The notes below the pieces were generated by a model. It was not told where the DNA came from and did not search any database. It was given only the letters and a program-made list of their open reading frames with translations. 64,000 bases of DNA from Chiloscyllium plagiosum (taxonomy: Eukaryota): assembly GCF_004010195.1 (NCBI RefSeq), contig NC_057718.1, forward strand, positions 34,011,363-34,075,362, in the 5' to 3' direction. The translations under genes were made by a program, and so were the position numbers. Positions 49,319 to 63,240 of this stretch are shown one piece after another; position 1 is the first letter of the stretch; the number at the start of each line of letters is the position of its first letter.

Positions 49319-50615
49319 AAACATTGCCTGAATCTTCACAATATACTACAGCATGACAGTAGAATAATTAACAGGAGTGGGAGCATTCTACTGAAGTCCT
49401 CCTGATATCAGTGTGGCCTCTTGCTGAGCTGATGGGAAGAACCAGGTATCTATTTCTGCTTTTTTTTCCTGAGCTTAAGACATAAGAGAAACGCACATAT
49501 AAATTCAAATACTACTAATCTTTCAGTGAATGAATGCATAGAACGTCCATAAGGTTATCAAATTTAAGATGTTAGCCAATATTCTCACTGAAACAAAAAC
49601 TTGTTCTGTATTTGCATTCTCTGTTAATTTAGCAATTATTAAGATGAATTTCTGCTGCCGTTAAAAAACAATCCAAAGTATGAAGTGGATTAATAAGTGA
49701 TTTCACTTTTGTTTTAGTGAACTGTTTTCTGTTTATTAAGGCAAAAAGTGTTTGGCCTGGGAGAAACAAAAGCACATTCATTTCCAGAAAGCATCCCTTT
49801 TAGGATACAATAAAATAAAGAGAGAAAATCATTCTGCACTGCTCCAATTTTAAGTTAAACTGAACACTGCACAAACACATGTTTGACAATTTAGCCTTTT
49901 CTGTGAAGAAACATTACACCTCAGTGAAATTATCTACCAGTGTTAAATTTGGGGCAGTTAGGTCTGTTCCAATACATTAAAACTTGCAAACTTCATTACA
50001 TTTGGTATCCTTACTAATGGTGAGAGATAACTTTCATCATAACAGTTTGAAGGATTTGAAGGGAGCTCCCAGCAGTGAGAGTCCATGTATTAACTTACTG
50101 GGCCATTTAATATCCCAGCTGCCTCATCTTATTGTGCAAGTAAAATGCACTTCATATCTTAACAAGAATCAATGTGGCCTGGACTATGTCACATTTCATG
50201 GTGACATTTGTATTTTATAAAGGCCAAGATGAATTGTTTAACTTTTTTAGGAGTTGTTGTTGCTTCAAGTATTTGACTGTCTGGCTAAATGGTTAATTGT
50301 GTTTGAATATAAACTGATGAAAATACAAATCATTTTATACTTCCCATGTGGCCTATAATGAAAGAAAGGGCTTAAATGGCATGTATTGTGCTGTAATCTA
50401 ATATTCCAGAAGTGTTTCTCTGATCACAGGAAAGAGCTCAGCAGGGTGACTGAGGTTAGCTGTTTCAGTATGCCATACTGACTTGGCACAAATCTATTAA
50501 GCCAGGAACAAATATTGTGAGCCAAAAAAACTGTCTGCACCCATATTTGGGAGGTGTCTGCAACCATTCCTGTTGAGGCAGGCAGCACCTAAACATAGCA
50601 TTACCCCTTTAGTGT

Positions 50616-50992
50616 TAGAACATAAGAACTAGGAGCAAGAAGAGGCAATTCAGCCCCTTGAACCTGCTCCACCATTTAATACACTCATGGCTGATCATAT
50701 CTCAACCTTAACTCCACTTTCCTGCCCATTCCCCAAAACCCATTACTAATTAAAAATCTCTCTATCTCCTCCTTAAGTTTATTCAGTGCCCTGATGTCCA
50801 CCACCCTCTTGGGTACTGAATTCCAGAGATTCACAACCCTTTGAGAGAAGTAATCCCTCCTTATCTCTGCTTTAAATCTGTCATCCATTAACCTAGAACT
50901 GTAACCTCTCATTTCATATTGCCCCACAGGAGGAAACATCTGCTGTATAGCTACTTTGTCAATCCCCTTTAGCATCTTACATACCTCAATTA
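50616..50992 (-). mobile_element. CR1-type 3' fragment
   Basis: Minus-strand LIEVCKMLKGIDKV..YFSQRVVNLWNS; tail AGAACATAAGAACT on +. Confidence 0.82.
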
Positions 50993-53900
50993 AATTAAAT
51001 TCAACCAGGGCCTGTCTGCCTGAGAACTCAGCAGGGGGCCGAAAAACATAAACTCTTCTTTCCAACCAGCATGTTCAGGTGTTTTTTATACACCTTTGGA
51101 TCAGATGGGACTCATAGCCAGGCCTCCAGTTCCATTTTGCAGTTAGCCTTCACTTCCTAAAGAAAGTTGTTTCTTCTAAAGAGGATTTGTATTCTATAGA
51201 AGGAAGCAGCTGCTGACTGTCTCTGCTGACACTGGTTGCAGAGTCTGGTCTGAAGGGAGGGTAAGAGTGCTCTAAGAAACTCCTTGGATTCAGAGCTGTT
51301 CAAGGGCAGTGACTCCATATTTAAAGATGCCTCCACACCACCAACTACTCAACTTGTTCAATCCACTATTTCACATCTAGCAGTCAGAAACCAGCCCTAA
51401 TATCCAGATATTCTATCTTTACCGTCACACACCTTCCAACGATGCCAGGTAGTTTCATAGCCAGCTCCTGTTTCTCGAACTATTCAGAGAGTCACCCTAT
51501 AACACTAATTGACATTCTCCTCTCATTCTTGCATGATGTGGTGACCCATATTAGGAAGGTGCAGCATTGTAGCATCCAAACTTGTGAATGTACTTACAAA
51601 GGGAGCACAATGATGTAGAATTGTCCCTTTGACATCTCACTTTGAAATTGCGGCATTGTCTGGCAGAAAATGAAAGAGATAGTACCTTTATGCTGGGGGA
51701 GAAGGTTCATGAGAGAAAGAAAATATCAAATTGCCATGGAGATCTTTAATTGCTACACACCTTGATTTCGTTGTGAATGGAATTCCTTGTCCACTTCATG
51801 CACTTAATTGCTTATTGCTCCACACATCTGTTGGCTTGCTTCAATGGAAGCAATGAAATCTAGTGGCTGCCTGACACCCTCTTAATAACCTGTAAATGAA
51901 ACAGATGCAGCCCAATAAAAAAAGTAACAACATTTCAAAGCAATTATCAGTTATATAACCACAAGAAGTGGAACGACATTGGAGTATAAAACTGCTGAAC
52001 CAGTTAAAGGGGCATCTGGCAAAATCTGTCTTAATATATGTTAGTGTCTGCAAACCAGAAAAAAGTAGACTGTGAAGGCTCATGTAAGCACTGGATATCA
52101 GGGACCTTACTGCTAACAGTTGTAACTGCAAATGCAGTTGTATATATGGAACCTTGTATATCTAATGGCCTTGACATTATGGTAAATGACAAAGTGGTGA
52201 TACTTGTTGCTGAAATTGAAAGCTGCCCTTAAAGTTCTCGCAATCCCAGTAGCACGTATTTTTCTTTTCCCAACATATTATTGATTCTGATGTCAACTCC
52301 AGGATATCACTGGTGACGAGAAAGACTTGAGTCATCAGCAGACTAGCCCTCCCAATCTCATTGAAGAATTCTCACAGATAGCAAACCAAGAAATAAAAAT
52401 CACTGATTTTCCTTTAAATTATTTTAAAGGCAGCCAAACAAAAAATGAAATTAAGATTGAAGCTGAAATGTCATAAATTAACTTTCATTTTTTGCTGTAA
52501 TGCAGAAATTTGACATACCATGAATATAAAGTATTTTTACAGGGCTAGAGAGGTTGTTCACCAATAATTATGAACTTAGTAGATCACAAATATTACACAT
52601 CCATCAACAAGTCTAGGCTTTATCAAGGACTTTTACAATGAATTTAATAACATAGATGCAATAGTGCACATTTATTGAGTGATTTCTAAAGTTTTCCATT
52701 GTGAGGACTTCAACAGTTCACCCTGTGGTGGAGTGGGGAAGGCATTAGCAGTGATTTCTGGATTTCCATGTTTAACTGAGCATGTGCAGACATCAGCGAT
52801 TGTATTGACTTCATAGTTGTAACGACGGTGAAGGTTGACAGTTTTGCTGTCTTTAAACCACAAAATCCAGGCGAGTAATTACTCATTTAAATTGGCTACC
52901 ATAGCAACACTATACTTATTGCCTCAATGCCTCAGAAATCTCTACGTTTCCCACAAATTCCACCTCCTATTCCTCAGGGATAGGAGGTGCCAATACTCCT
53001 CTATCCGCAGTTTAGTTTGTAAGAGCATCACAACAGGATGCCATCATTATGTGACCATGTTGCTAATCACAGCTTGACTGCAAATGCTGAATAATTATCA
53101 ACTAATATTCGCATTTATATTCCATTGGATTGACCACACAATGACATGCTTACTTTATAAACCATGGTAATCCAATATACAATACCTGGCTAGAGCTGTT
53201 CTAATTTTCCTGAGGCTCTTTTTCTAAGGAAGGAAAAAATAACTAGTAAATATGCCCCACCCAAACTAAGCTGGGAGACTCTTCACAGCACATGCCACAC
53301 CTTATCTGGTAAGGTGAGGCTGATTGCAAAAATGCTCATTTGAAGGGAATTGATGAGCCACCTATCCTTCTTCTGTTCCTGTTCCATGCTTCTAATCCTC
53401 GGACAATCCTCTGGTCACAACAAACAGAGGAAATTTGAGTAAGGTGAATGGCATTACTCTGAAGACGCAAATCTAATTCAATTGCTCCAAGTGCAAACAT
53501 AGAACAATTGAGATCTAAATAAGTAAAGATCAATTCTTGGAAATATTGAAGACAAGAAAGTATCCTGAGTAAGCACCACTCCTCCACTTCAGTGCCTTGA
53601 TTTTAAATCCAGTCAAGGCTGAAGGGATGAAAGTTGGTATTAGTCCATAATCAAAAGCAATACCCAGAATAATACACTTTTAATAACAACAGAACTTTTT
53701 AAAAAAAATTAAAAACTTTGTTAAGATTTATTTCTCGATACACATACTTACTCCAAGGACCAATGTAGCAGACTCAGTGTTGGTAAAAATTTAAAAATAG
53801 ATTGGCCTCCATTTCTATCTAGTGATAAACCTGTGGCATAGAGTTAAGAGTAGGGAGGGTGGAACCTTATAGATCAAGGGAAATTGTAAGGATAAACAAC

Positions 53901-54241
53901 ACATTCAAGTCTCACTCCATTCAGTAACCAGCCTCAAATACTTCAAATAAATCGAGTAGAGGCAATGCAATGGAATGCTGATGTATTCAAACAAGATTAA
54001 GATTTGGAAATAATTACAATGACCCAGTATTGCTTTTATCTTTCTCAATAGCACCCACTACAAGGAGGGAATTGCTGTTAAACGTAATTAATTAACTGCT
54101 ACACTGCATCTTATAGGTCATACATAGTGCAACCTTCATTTTCAGGTAATAGAGGGGAGTGGGTACTGAGTTCAAAGAAAAATGTCGACTAAACAAATGA
54201 CTCTATCTTAAGTAATGAATTGAATTGGACTCTATCTTAAG

Positions 54242-54334
54242 GCATTCCTGATGAAGGACTTATTCCCGAAATGTCGACTGTCCTGCTCCTTGGATGCTGC
54301 CTGATCTGCTGTTCTTTGCCTGCGCCGTACGTTT
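54242..54334 (+). mobile_element. Penelope-like pLTR fragment with degenerate hammerhead core (54248-54275)
   Basis: CTGATGAAGGACTTATTCCCGAAATGTC; flanked by repeated GACTC(T/C)ATCTTAAG. Confidence 0.72.
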
Positions 54335-56719
54335 TGACTCCATCTTAAGTAATGCGAAGCCAATGTGCCTGCACCATCCAGGCAAATAATACACTTTATC
54401 ACACTCCTGCCTTGAGCCTTGTAGACGACAGAAGAAGTTTTGAGGAGTTGGGAACAGAGCCAATCATTGCATTACATCTGCACTGTTTTTGTAGCCATTG
54501 TGTAAACATAGCAGGTTTAAGTAAATTCGGGGCAAGTGAGGTCCCAAGATACTAAAGGTAGAAACTTGGCCAATGTTGGGTGCCATTCAATGGTGGAGAA
54601 AGTGGTTTAACTTTCTCTCCAAAGCCATTATTACACTAACTTGTGTGATGTTAATATTAACTGCCACTTATTAGGTAAAACTTGTGTGTTGGAATTTTAT
54701 GGACTATTTAAGAGACTGAAGATGTTTAAATGTGAGAGAGTTTGGAACATCTTGTTTAGCCTATCAGATTCCCACTAGGATAAGGAATTCAAAGAGAAAA
54801 GAAAGAGAAAGGAATATGTTACATCCAATCCCCAGGCAATGTTCTCCAAATTGTTACAGTTCCAGATGGGTTACCTCAACTTGTTAAGTTCCCAGGGAGA
54901 AAGGATGAACTGACTCCTATTAGTTATTCACCTACCTCTCTGATTGGTCAAAACAAGATTAATTTAAACAGGGTCTCTTCCCTCATGGATGCCTTTTTCC
55001 CAGACCAAAGTAATTTATGCTTTAAAAGGAGTAAAATGTAACCATGCTTTCTTGAGTTACATTGAATGGAATAATTAGTTACTAAGTGTGAGAAGAAATA
55101 ATGATTCAACACACACACACACACAGATTATAAATAGGTGGTGAGCCCAAAAAAAGCAATAGCCATTTATGAAGAGTAGCTGAAAGAACATTGCTGTCAT
55201 TATAATAGTTATTACTGGTGTTGTTGACTTTGGTAGTTGAACAGCTGATTTCAAGACTATTGTCTTTGCAGGTTGATGAGAATTATTTTGTCCTGCTTCT
55301 TTTTGACAATAGCTGACTGGCAATACTCAGACATGTCTTTTCCCTTTACCTGTGTTGTAGGGTTTTTTTAATGGCTGTTATCAAAGCTATAATCTTCACA
55401 ATACACTAGATCACACAATAGGGTATCAGACCACAAACACATCCCGATCTAGGATGAAGCTTGTTTTTAAATCCATTTTTTGTATATTCCTGAAAAAGAA
55501 AAGCACAAAAACAGCTACAGGAGATGGCCTCCTACCTACAGGATGTTAGCTGGTTAGCCTCTCATTATCCCTTTCTTTTTGTCTTACTGTTTGCATGTTT
55601 GTGTTCATGGTGTGACATTTCAGAATTTGTTTCCATACAGCCACTGAATTTATATTCACAGTCATCTTTTGGCTGCATCTCCTTTGTCAAAATAACACAT
55701 TGGAATTAAATGCTACAGGTGATCTGTCACGATATTGTCGAGAAAGTGGATCTTGATTCATAGGTAAAAGGTCATTGTGAAACCAGGAAGTGTCTGAGTG
55801 CTCTCACAAGCCTCACTCCTTGCATTTTAGAACTTAAATGAAGAACATTGCTGGTGCTGTCAAATTGGAATACCATCAATAGGCAAGCTAACAGGGCAAC
55901 TTACCAAAGTTACTGAAATGAGACTGAAGGCTGAATTTTAGGGGAGTATTAGGCCTTTTAGTTGTGTGAGCCATGGAACTATAACCACTCTTTTACCCTG
56001 TATTACACAAACAAAATAAGGAACACTTAATAATTTGGTTCAAAGGCTCTTAAACCTGACGATGAGTTTCTGTTGGCATGTCAGATATTCTTGTTTCTTA
56101 TGAAGTCATTATGGGTCTATTCGAGGTGGTTATATCATCATTTTATAACAAGCAAGAGAAATCTTTATGAAACTTTTTGTTTCATGAAGCTGTTGCTTTC
56201 TGAATTACATTTTAAAAGAAAGTGTTGTCAAATGAAACGTTTGTAGTTGCGAATGAATGTCAATTGCAATGCCTGTTTTGACCTGTATGAATTGAAACCA
56301 CTCAAAAGGAGCTTCTTAATAGAAGCTGAATATCCACAAATAAATATCCAACTGCTTTAAATGCACAATGTAGTGATTATTGTCAGTACAAACAATTACT
56401 TTTTATTTTTGCCTATTTTTCCTCCATTAGATTATTCCTTCCCTTTCTGTTGAAGATTGAGATCCAAAATGGCCTCCAGTACCTTACCTAATTAGCTGTG
56501 GATCATCAGAGTGCCAAGAAATCCATAATTGGAGACATCTCAGCTATCTGCATCACCTGTTCTTTCTTGGAAACCAGCCAAATTTACTGGTCAGGAGCAG
56601 GAACTATTACTCAACTCACTGTTATTGTAACCAATGTAGGGTGTATTACTCATGCATTGTCAGAATCAGCTGAATGAATGGCCGACAGTGGCCACCTATG
56701 AATAGGTTTCAAAAAGCAG

Positions 56720-57005
56720 AGAAACACCGAAAATAGGAGCAGACACAGTCCTTTCGGCCATTTGAGCTTGCTCCACATCTCAACATGATTATAGCTGATC
56801 ATCTAAATCAATACCCTGTTCCCACTTCCTCACATACCTTTGGATCCATTTAGCCCTAAGAACTATATCTAACATATTTTTGAAAACATTAATGTTTTGG
56901 CCTCAACCATTTTCTCTGGCAGAGCAATTCACAGGCTCACCACTCTCTGGGTGAAGAAATTTCTTCTCATCTAGTCCTAAATGGGCTATACTATATTCTT
57001 AAACT
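56720..57005 (-). mobile_element. CR1-type 3' fragment
   Basis: Similar to 34900-35170 in reverse (TTCACAGGCTCACCACTCTCTGGGTGAAGAAATTTC). Confidence 0.7.
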
Positions 57006-57168
57006 GCGAAACACTCTAATAAGAGATTCACATCCTGGAATAAAATTTTCAATTTTAAACAATATGGGCCAATCCTCATGCAATGCTCCTGATTAAGTAA
57101 TGGATCCAAAAAGGGTAATTAGTTGATGTGCACTTACTCTTTACCACTGGGAACATGGGGTACATTAC

Positions 57169-58590
57169 AGTCATAGAGTAATAGAGATGTACAGCACAAA
57201 AACAGACCCTTTGGCCCAACTCTTCCATGCCGACCAGATATCCCAACCTAATTTAGCCCCACCAGCCAGCACTTGGCCCATATCCCTCCAAACCCTTCCT
57301 ATTTAAATATCCATCCAGATGCCTTTTAAATGTTGCAATTGTACTAGCCTCCACCACTTCCTCTGGCAGCTCATTCCATACACATACCACCCTCTGAGTG
57401 AAAAAGTTGCCCCTTAGGTCTCTTTTATATCTTCCCCCTCTCACCCTAAACCTATGCCCTCTAGTTCTGGACTCCCTGACCCCAGGGAAAAGACTTTGTC
57501 TATTTATCCTNNNNNNNNNNNNNNNNNNCAATGTCCTGTACAGTCGCAACATGACCTCCCAACTCCTGTACTCAATACTCTGACGAATAAAGGGAAGCAT
57601 ACCAAACGCCTTTTTCACTATCCTATCTACCTGCAACTCCACTTTCAAGGAGCTATGAACCTGCACTCCAAGGTCTCTTTGTTCAGCAACACTCCCTAGG
57701 ACCTTACCATTAAGTGTATAAGTCCTGCTAAGATTTGCTTTCCCGAAATGCAGCCCCTCACATTTATCTAAACTAAACTCCATCTGCCACTTCTCAGTCC
57801 ATTGGCCCATCCGATCAAGATCCTGTTGTAATCTGAGCTACCCTTCTTCGCTGTCCACTACACCTCCAATTTTGGTGTCATCAGCAAACTTACTATACTT
57901 CTTAGGCTCACATCCAAATCATTTATATAAATGACGAAAAGTAGTGGGCACAGTGCCGATCCTTGTGACACTCCACTGGTCACAGGCCTCCAGTCTGAAA
58001 AGCAATCCTCCATCACCACCCTCTGACTTCTGCCTTCAAACCAGTTCTGTATCCAAATGGCAGGTTCTCCTTGTATTCCATGAGATCTAATCTTGCTCAC
58101 CAGTCTCCCATGGGGAACTTTGTTGAATGCCTTACTGAAGTCCATATAGATCACATCTACTGCTCTGCCCTCATCAATCCTCTTTGTTACTTCTTCAAAA
58201 ATCTCAATCAAGTTTGTGAGACATGATTTCCCATGCACAAAGCTGTGTTGATTATCCCTAATCAGTCCTTGCCTTTCCAAATACATGTACATCCTGTCCC
58301 TCAGGATTCCCTCCAACAACTTGCCCACCACCAACATCAGACTCAACTGGTTTATAGTTCCCTGGCTTATCCTTACCACCTTTCTTAAACATTGGCACCA
58401 CCTTAGCCAACCTCCAGTGTTTTGGCACCACACCTGTGACTATCGATTCTATAAATATCACAGTAAGAGGTCCAGCAATCACTCCCCTAGCTTCCCACGG
58501 AGTTTTGGGGTACACCTGATCAGGTCCTGGGCATTTATCCACTTTTATGCATTTCAAGACATCCAGCACTTCCTCCTCTGTAATATAGAC
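57169..58590 (-). mobile_element. CR1/HER1 LINE, 5'-truncated, same family as 80-2161
   Basis: VIYMDFSKAFNKVPH, TSGVSQGSALCPLLFVIYINDL, WQMEFSLDKC, FFTQRVVCVWNELP. Confidence 0.93.
57511..57528. other. Assembly gap (18 N)
   Basis: Direct reading. Confidence 0.99.
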
Positions 58591-60029
58591 TAATGGTCTT
58601 GACTATTGGACAAAATCTGCTAGTTGTGAGGATCCAATAAAAAAATAATTTGTTCTCCTTAATCAGCAAGAGTCTACAGTGCATTACACGAGTGCCACAG
58701 GATGTGGTAAGAAGCTTTTCTCTAAACTTGTCAAATCATAGATACATAGGTATGCATTCCAATCTTTAGCACTAGCATTTAGAATCTTTGTATGCAAAAT
58801 GTCTGTGCTAGTTTTGGGCACTCCTGTTTTAATTATGCATTAATAGTTGCTGTGCCTTCAGTTGCCTCAGCTCTATACTCTGAAATTATTTCCCTAAATC
58901 TCTCTACATTTCTACCTTTGTTTCCTGTAAGATGGCCCTTAAAACTTGCCTCTCCATCTGCTCCAATATTGCTTTATGTGGCACGCTGTCAGGTTTTGCT
59001 TTATAATGCTTCTGTTGAGTACATTTATTATATTTAAGATGCTATATAAATACACATTTTTGTCATAAGATTCACCAAGAAGGAATAATAAAAAGAAAGC
59101 TTCTATCATTTTCAAGTGAATTTATTACACAATGTCTGACCTTTCCTTCTAGCCCTTCCTATTGCTGTAAGATGTAAAATGGCTTAGCAAGACCGTAATC
59201 ACTAGAATCTGAAAAAAAATATTTGGCAAAGGTTTGGTACCTGTAAGTAAACTGAGGAAATTTGCTATTTCAAAATAAATAAACTTCTGGCAGTTGCCTA
59301 ATAAAGCAAAGTACTAATGAAACGAAGAGAATGTAGTGCAGTCGTGACCTCAGATAGTGTTGGGAAACATTTACAGATGAGCGGAGCTATGTACATTTCC
59401 AATCATCATCGTCCACGTAAAAAAGAGAAGAGACTGTTTCCAAATTATTCACTATGCAATCCTACTGGAATGTTCCCTGACCATGGAACAGCTTTCATGG
59501 CAATACCAAATTTAGATGGGTTCATTCAGTAAGTTGGCCCGATCATACAGTTAATCTACAAACACTGAAGTCAACCATGGTGACCTGTATTGTCCAGGAA
59601 AAATCCGTCAACTTAGCACCAACAAGCAGTCAAACTTGGGACTTCCCCACAGTTCCAGTTCACTAAGTTTTTCGATTAAGTTCTTAGAGGAATTGGTGGT
59701 ATTCCTCCATAAGCAAGAATTCTGCTTATTTCACCGTGTATGCAATGATCTTATCAAATTAAGAGTTAGGGAAAGATATCCTGAGATACCTGCAGCTATA
59801 AGATGCAAAGTAACATAAGGTTCAGTTTAAAAGGCACTATGGATATTGAGGAATTGAACGTAAAGCTTCATTTACATTATTCTTATCTTTTGCCCTATAT
59901 TGCTACACACCCCATCATTGAGAATGGGGATAATTATGCAGCCTCCTGTTAGTTGTTGAATTGCCTCCAACCATTCATGACTGGATGTGGCAGGACTGCA
60001 GAAGATGGTTATGCTTGTTGGATGTCTGT

Positions 60030-60750
60030 CATTGCAGCATCAGGAGAACTTTGCAGGTGTTTATTTGTAAACCAACCCTCTTTAGCTGCTTCGTTAATGA
60101 CTATTCCTCTCTCTTAAGGTCAAAACTGGGGATGTTCACTGATGATTGTACAATGTTCAGCATATTCTTGATTGCTCAGATACTGAAACAGTCCATGTCC
60201 AAACACCAACGAGACCTGAACAACATCCAGGCTTGGACTGATAAGTGGCAAGCAATATTCACACCACGCAAAAGTATCAAGGAATTGACCATCCCAAACA
60301 AGACCATTACCCCATGACATTCAAGGGCATTATCATCACTTTATCCCCTACTATTAACCTTTTGAGGCTTACCATTCACTAGAAATTGAATTGACTCAGT
60401 CATATGAATACTGTGGCTACAGGAATGGTCAGAGGGTGATAATTCTGCAGCAAGTAACTTGCCTCCGAACTCCACAAAACTTGTTCACTATCTGCAATGC
60501 TTAAATCACCACTTGCCTGGATGATGTGGTTCGTACGACACTCCAGGAGTTGGACAACCCTGGACAAAGGCAACCCCACTCTTTATTGGCACCCTATCTA
60601 TTACCTTCCATTTTCATGCCTTCCACTACCAATACATAATCACAGCAATTTGTACCATCTACACAATGCGCTGTACTAACTGATCAAGGCTCTTCTGACA
60701 GCATCGTCCAAACCCACAATTTCTGCTAACTAGAGGGACAGGGGCAGCAG
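60030..60750 (+). mobile_element. LINE RT remnant, same family as the RT part of 48440-49318
   Basis: PTLFSCFVND..LRSKLGMFTDDCT, QRDLNNIQAWTDKWQAIFTP. Confidence 0.72.
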
Positions 60751-61699
60751 AAGCATAAATTGGTGACTAGGGTTTTGGAGCAGGAAACAGACAATGACTT
60801 GTGCCCCCATTATCCCAGAATAGACGAGGTAGATTCAGTTTATCCTGACAGTATTATTGCACAGAGTGACAGGGAAACTTGTACACCAAGTGCTGAAATC
60901 TCTTAAACCCTTTTCTCAGTTTCCTTTGAAATATCTCTCCTTAGCATGTCGCAGAACTGACCGGCTCGATCTGCATTCACGCTCACTGAGTTACTGGAAC
61001 TGCAGGGTTGCTGAGATTTGTGAGTGAAGGAAAGCTTGGTGGCAAGTAGTCCCAAGGATGAAAGTACCACAAAGATTGTCTCCTGTGCATCATCGTTTTT
61101 AAGTTCAAGTTTATGTTTTTGATAGTTTTTTTTATTGAAGTCTTAAATTTATCAGTTTGTTGAGGAACATACCAACAGGCAGGTATTATGATAAGATAAT
61201 GTGACAGCATAGGGGAGGGACAATGGGTGAACCTTGGTTTGTGAATATGTCTGTGACAGGGGTTAAGAAATCTTTAAAGGCAATGAAGGCCATGAAGGAA
61301 CAACTCCTAGCCAGCAAGGATAAAAGCCAGGGAAATAGTTCAAGTGGGGAGTGACTGGACAGGAAAGAGCCAGAGCAAGAATATTTATGCTGTTCCTGTC
61401 TGGATCATCTCTGCACTTTAAGGCACAACTGCCAGGATGGATAAGCTACTCTTGTTTTGTGCAAGCTGTGGGCTGGGTGTGCCTAAGTCCCACTGTGTCC
61501 TATTTCAGCACAATACAAAGACTGTATAATCACTGGTGTCATTTCCCTCCCCATGTAAGATTTATTTCCTTTTCAAATAGTCATACTTCCGACCATACTT
61601 CTTTATTGCACCCAAGTTCACAATTTTGAATTCTTAAGGTCTGAACTAACTATCATCACAAGATTGGCTCTTCCCTATTGTATAGAAGAAATAACTTCC

Positions 61700-62072
61700 T
61701 TTTAAATAACATCTTATCACATTCACAAGGTGTCCCAATGCACTGCATAACAAATTCATTACTTTTGAATGGAGTCATTTATGTTGTGAGAAAATATGTC
61801 AGCAGTTTTGTGCACACTGATGTTTCACAAAGAAGATGAATCATAGATAAGCCACCAGCTTCTCAGGGCAATTAGGGATGAGCCACAAGAGCTGGCTTTG
61901 CCAGTATTACTAAGATCCCACACAAAAAAAATTAAAAATTGCTTCTGATGATTGGAGAATAAATGCTAGTCAGGACAATGGGAAAACCTGCCTCTCTTTG
62001 ACAAAACAATGCCATGAGATTTCTTTTATGTCCACTTAAATGAGTAAACTTTGGCTTAATGTCTCATCTGAA
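61700..62072 (-). mobile_element. Deu-domain SINE remnant with a short + strand LINE/SINE tail (~61852-61937) inside it
   Basis: Reverse complement resembles 12600-12900 (TGCCATGAGATTTCTTTTATGTCCAC, TTAATGTCTCATCTGAA). Confidence 0.6.
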
Positions 62073-62879
62073 TGTACTAGCAGAGTCTTTATTACTGACT
62101 TCCATTTGAGTGTTCATTGCAGCTCTTAAATTGATGTGCTCGTTATAGGTGTTTTGGCTGGTGGTGCTATATGTCATATCAAATATTTTTGAACCTTTTG
62201 CAACTAGTTTCCTTGATGGCTCACTAAAACAGAAACATTGTGTGTTGTGGTACTGAGCGCAATAGTACCTGCCTTTCCTAGTTTTGATCTCCACTCCTTG
62301 CTGGATGAATCATCAGTATGACTAAGGGATTTCTACCATTAGCTTGTATTTCCTTCAGCTGTAGTTGGGAAATAGAAGCCTGACTTCCCACTGGTGATAG
62401 CAATCACTGCTGGCGGAAGGACAAAATCAGGTGCAGCTCTGATGTCTGCAATTGAACAGATCAGCGATACTCACTGTCTGGAGCCATACATGATCAACTA
62501 CTCCTTGGAGAATGTAGAGGAGGGATGTCATGTTCCAACATGGGGCAATGTCTTCAGATGAGGTACTGGGAATAGAATGGAAAGATTTTTATGACTCATA
62601 TAAGCTTCATTGACACTCTATTTCAATGCTCGTATTTCATTATGCTACAATACTCACTGGCATGAAATATTGTAAAGCAGTCTTTTATCACTTGTTAGTA
62701 TTTCACACTGGTGTCAGAATTTGTTTCAAATTGCTGTTGATGGTGCATCACTGAGCAGAGATATTGCTAAAGGTAGGAGGTGGGGGAGCAACAAAAATGA
62801 GTAGTTGGCAAAGATTCAAAGGTCACATTTCACCAATTCTAACTGTGAAGTACAGTAAATTCTGGGCAGCACATTTTTG

Positions 62880-63240
62880 TTTTCAATCATTCATGGGGCA
62901 TAAACATCACTGGCCAGTTCAGTATTTATTGCCCATCCCCAACTGTCCAGAGGGCAGTTGAGGGTCAACAACATTGATGTGGGTCTGGAGTCACATGTAG
63001 GCCAGACTGGGTAAGGAGGCAGATTTCCTTCCCCAAAGGACATTGGTGAACTAGATGGGCTTTTCCCCACCCATCAGCAACAGTTACATGGTCATGATTA
63101 GATTCTTATTCTCAGATTTAAAAAAATAAATTCCACCATCTGCCATGGTTACCTGGTCTTTAATAATTACCTAGCCCTCAGGTAGTTACCTGGGTCTCTA
63201 GATTAATAGTCTAGTGTTCATATCACTTGGCCATCACTTC
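62880..63240 (-). mobile_element. tRNA-type SINE, second family
   Basis: Homologous to 11682-12041 (CTGGAGTCACATGTAGGCCAGAC..GTAAGGA.GGCAGATTTCCTTCCC.AAAGGACA). Confidence 0.72.

Noticed and set aside
54780..55170. Possible solo LTR (also 63720-64000)
   Set aside because: No clear TG..CA ends, TSD or second copy in the window
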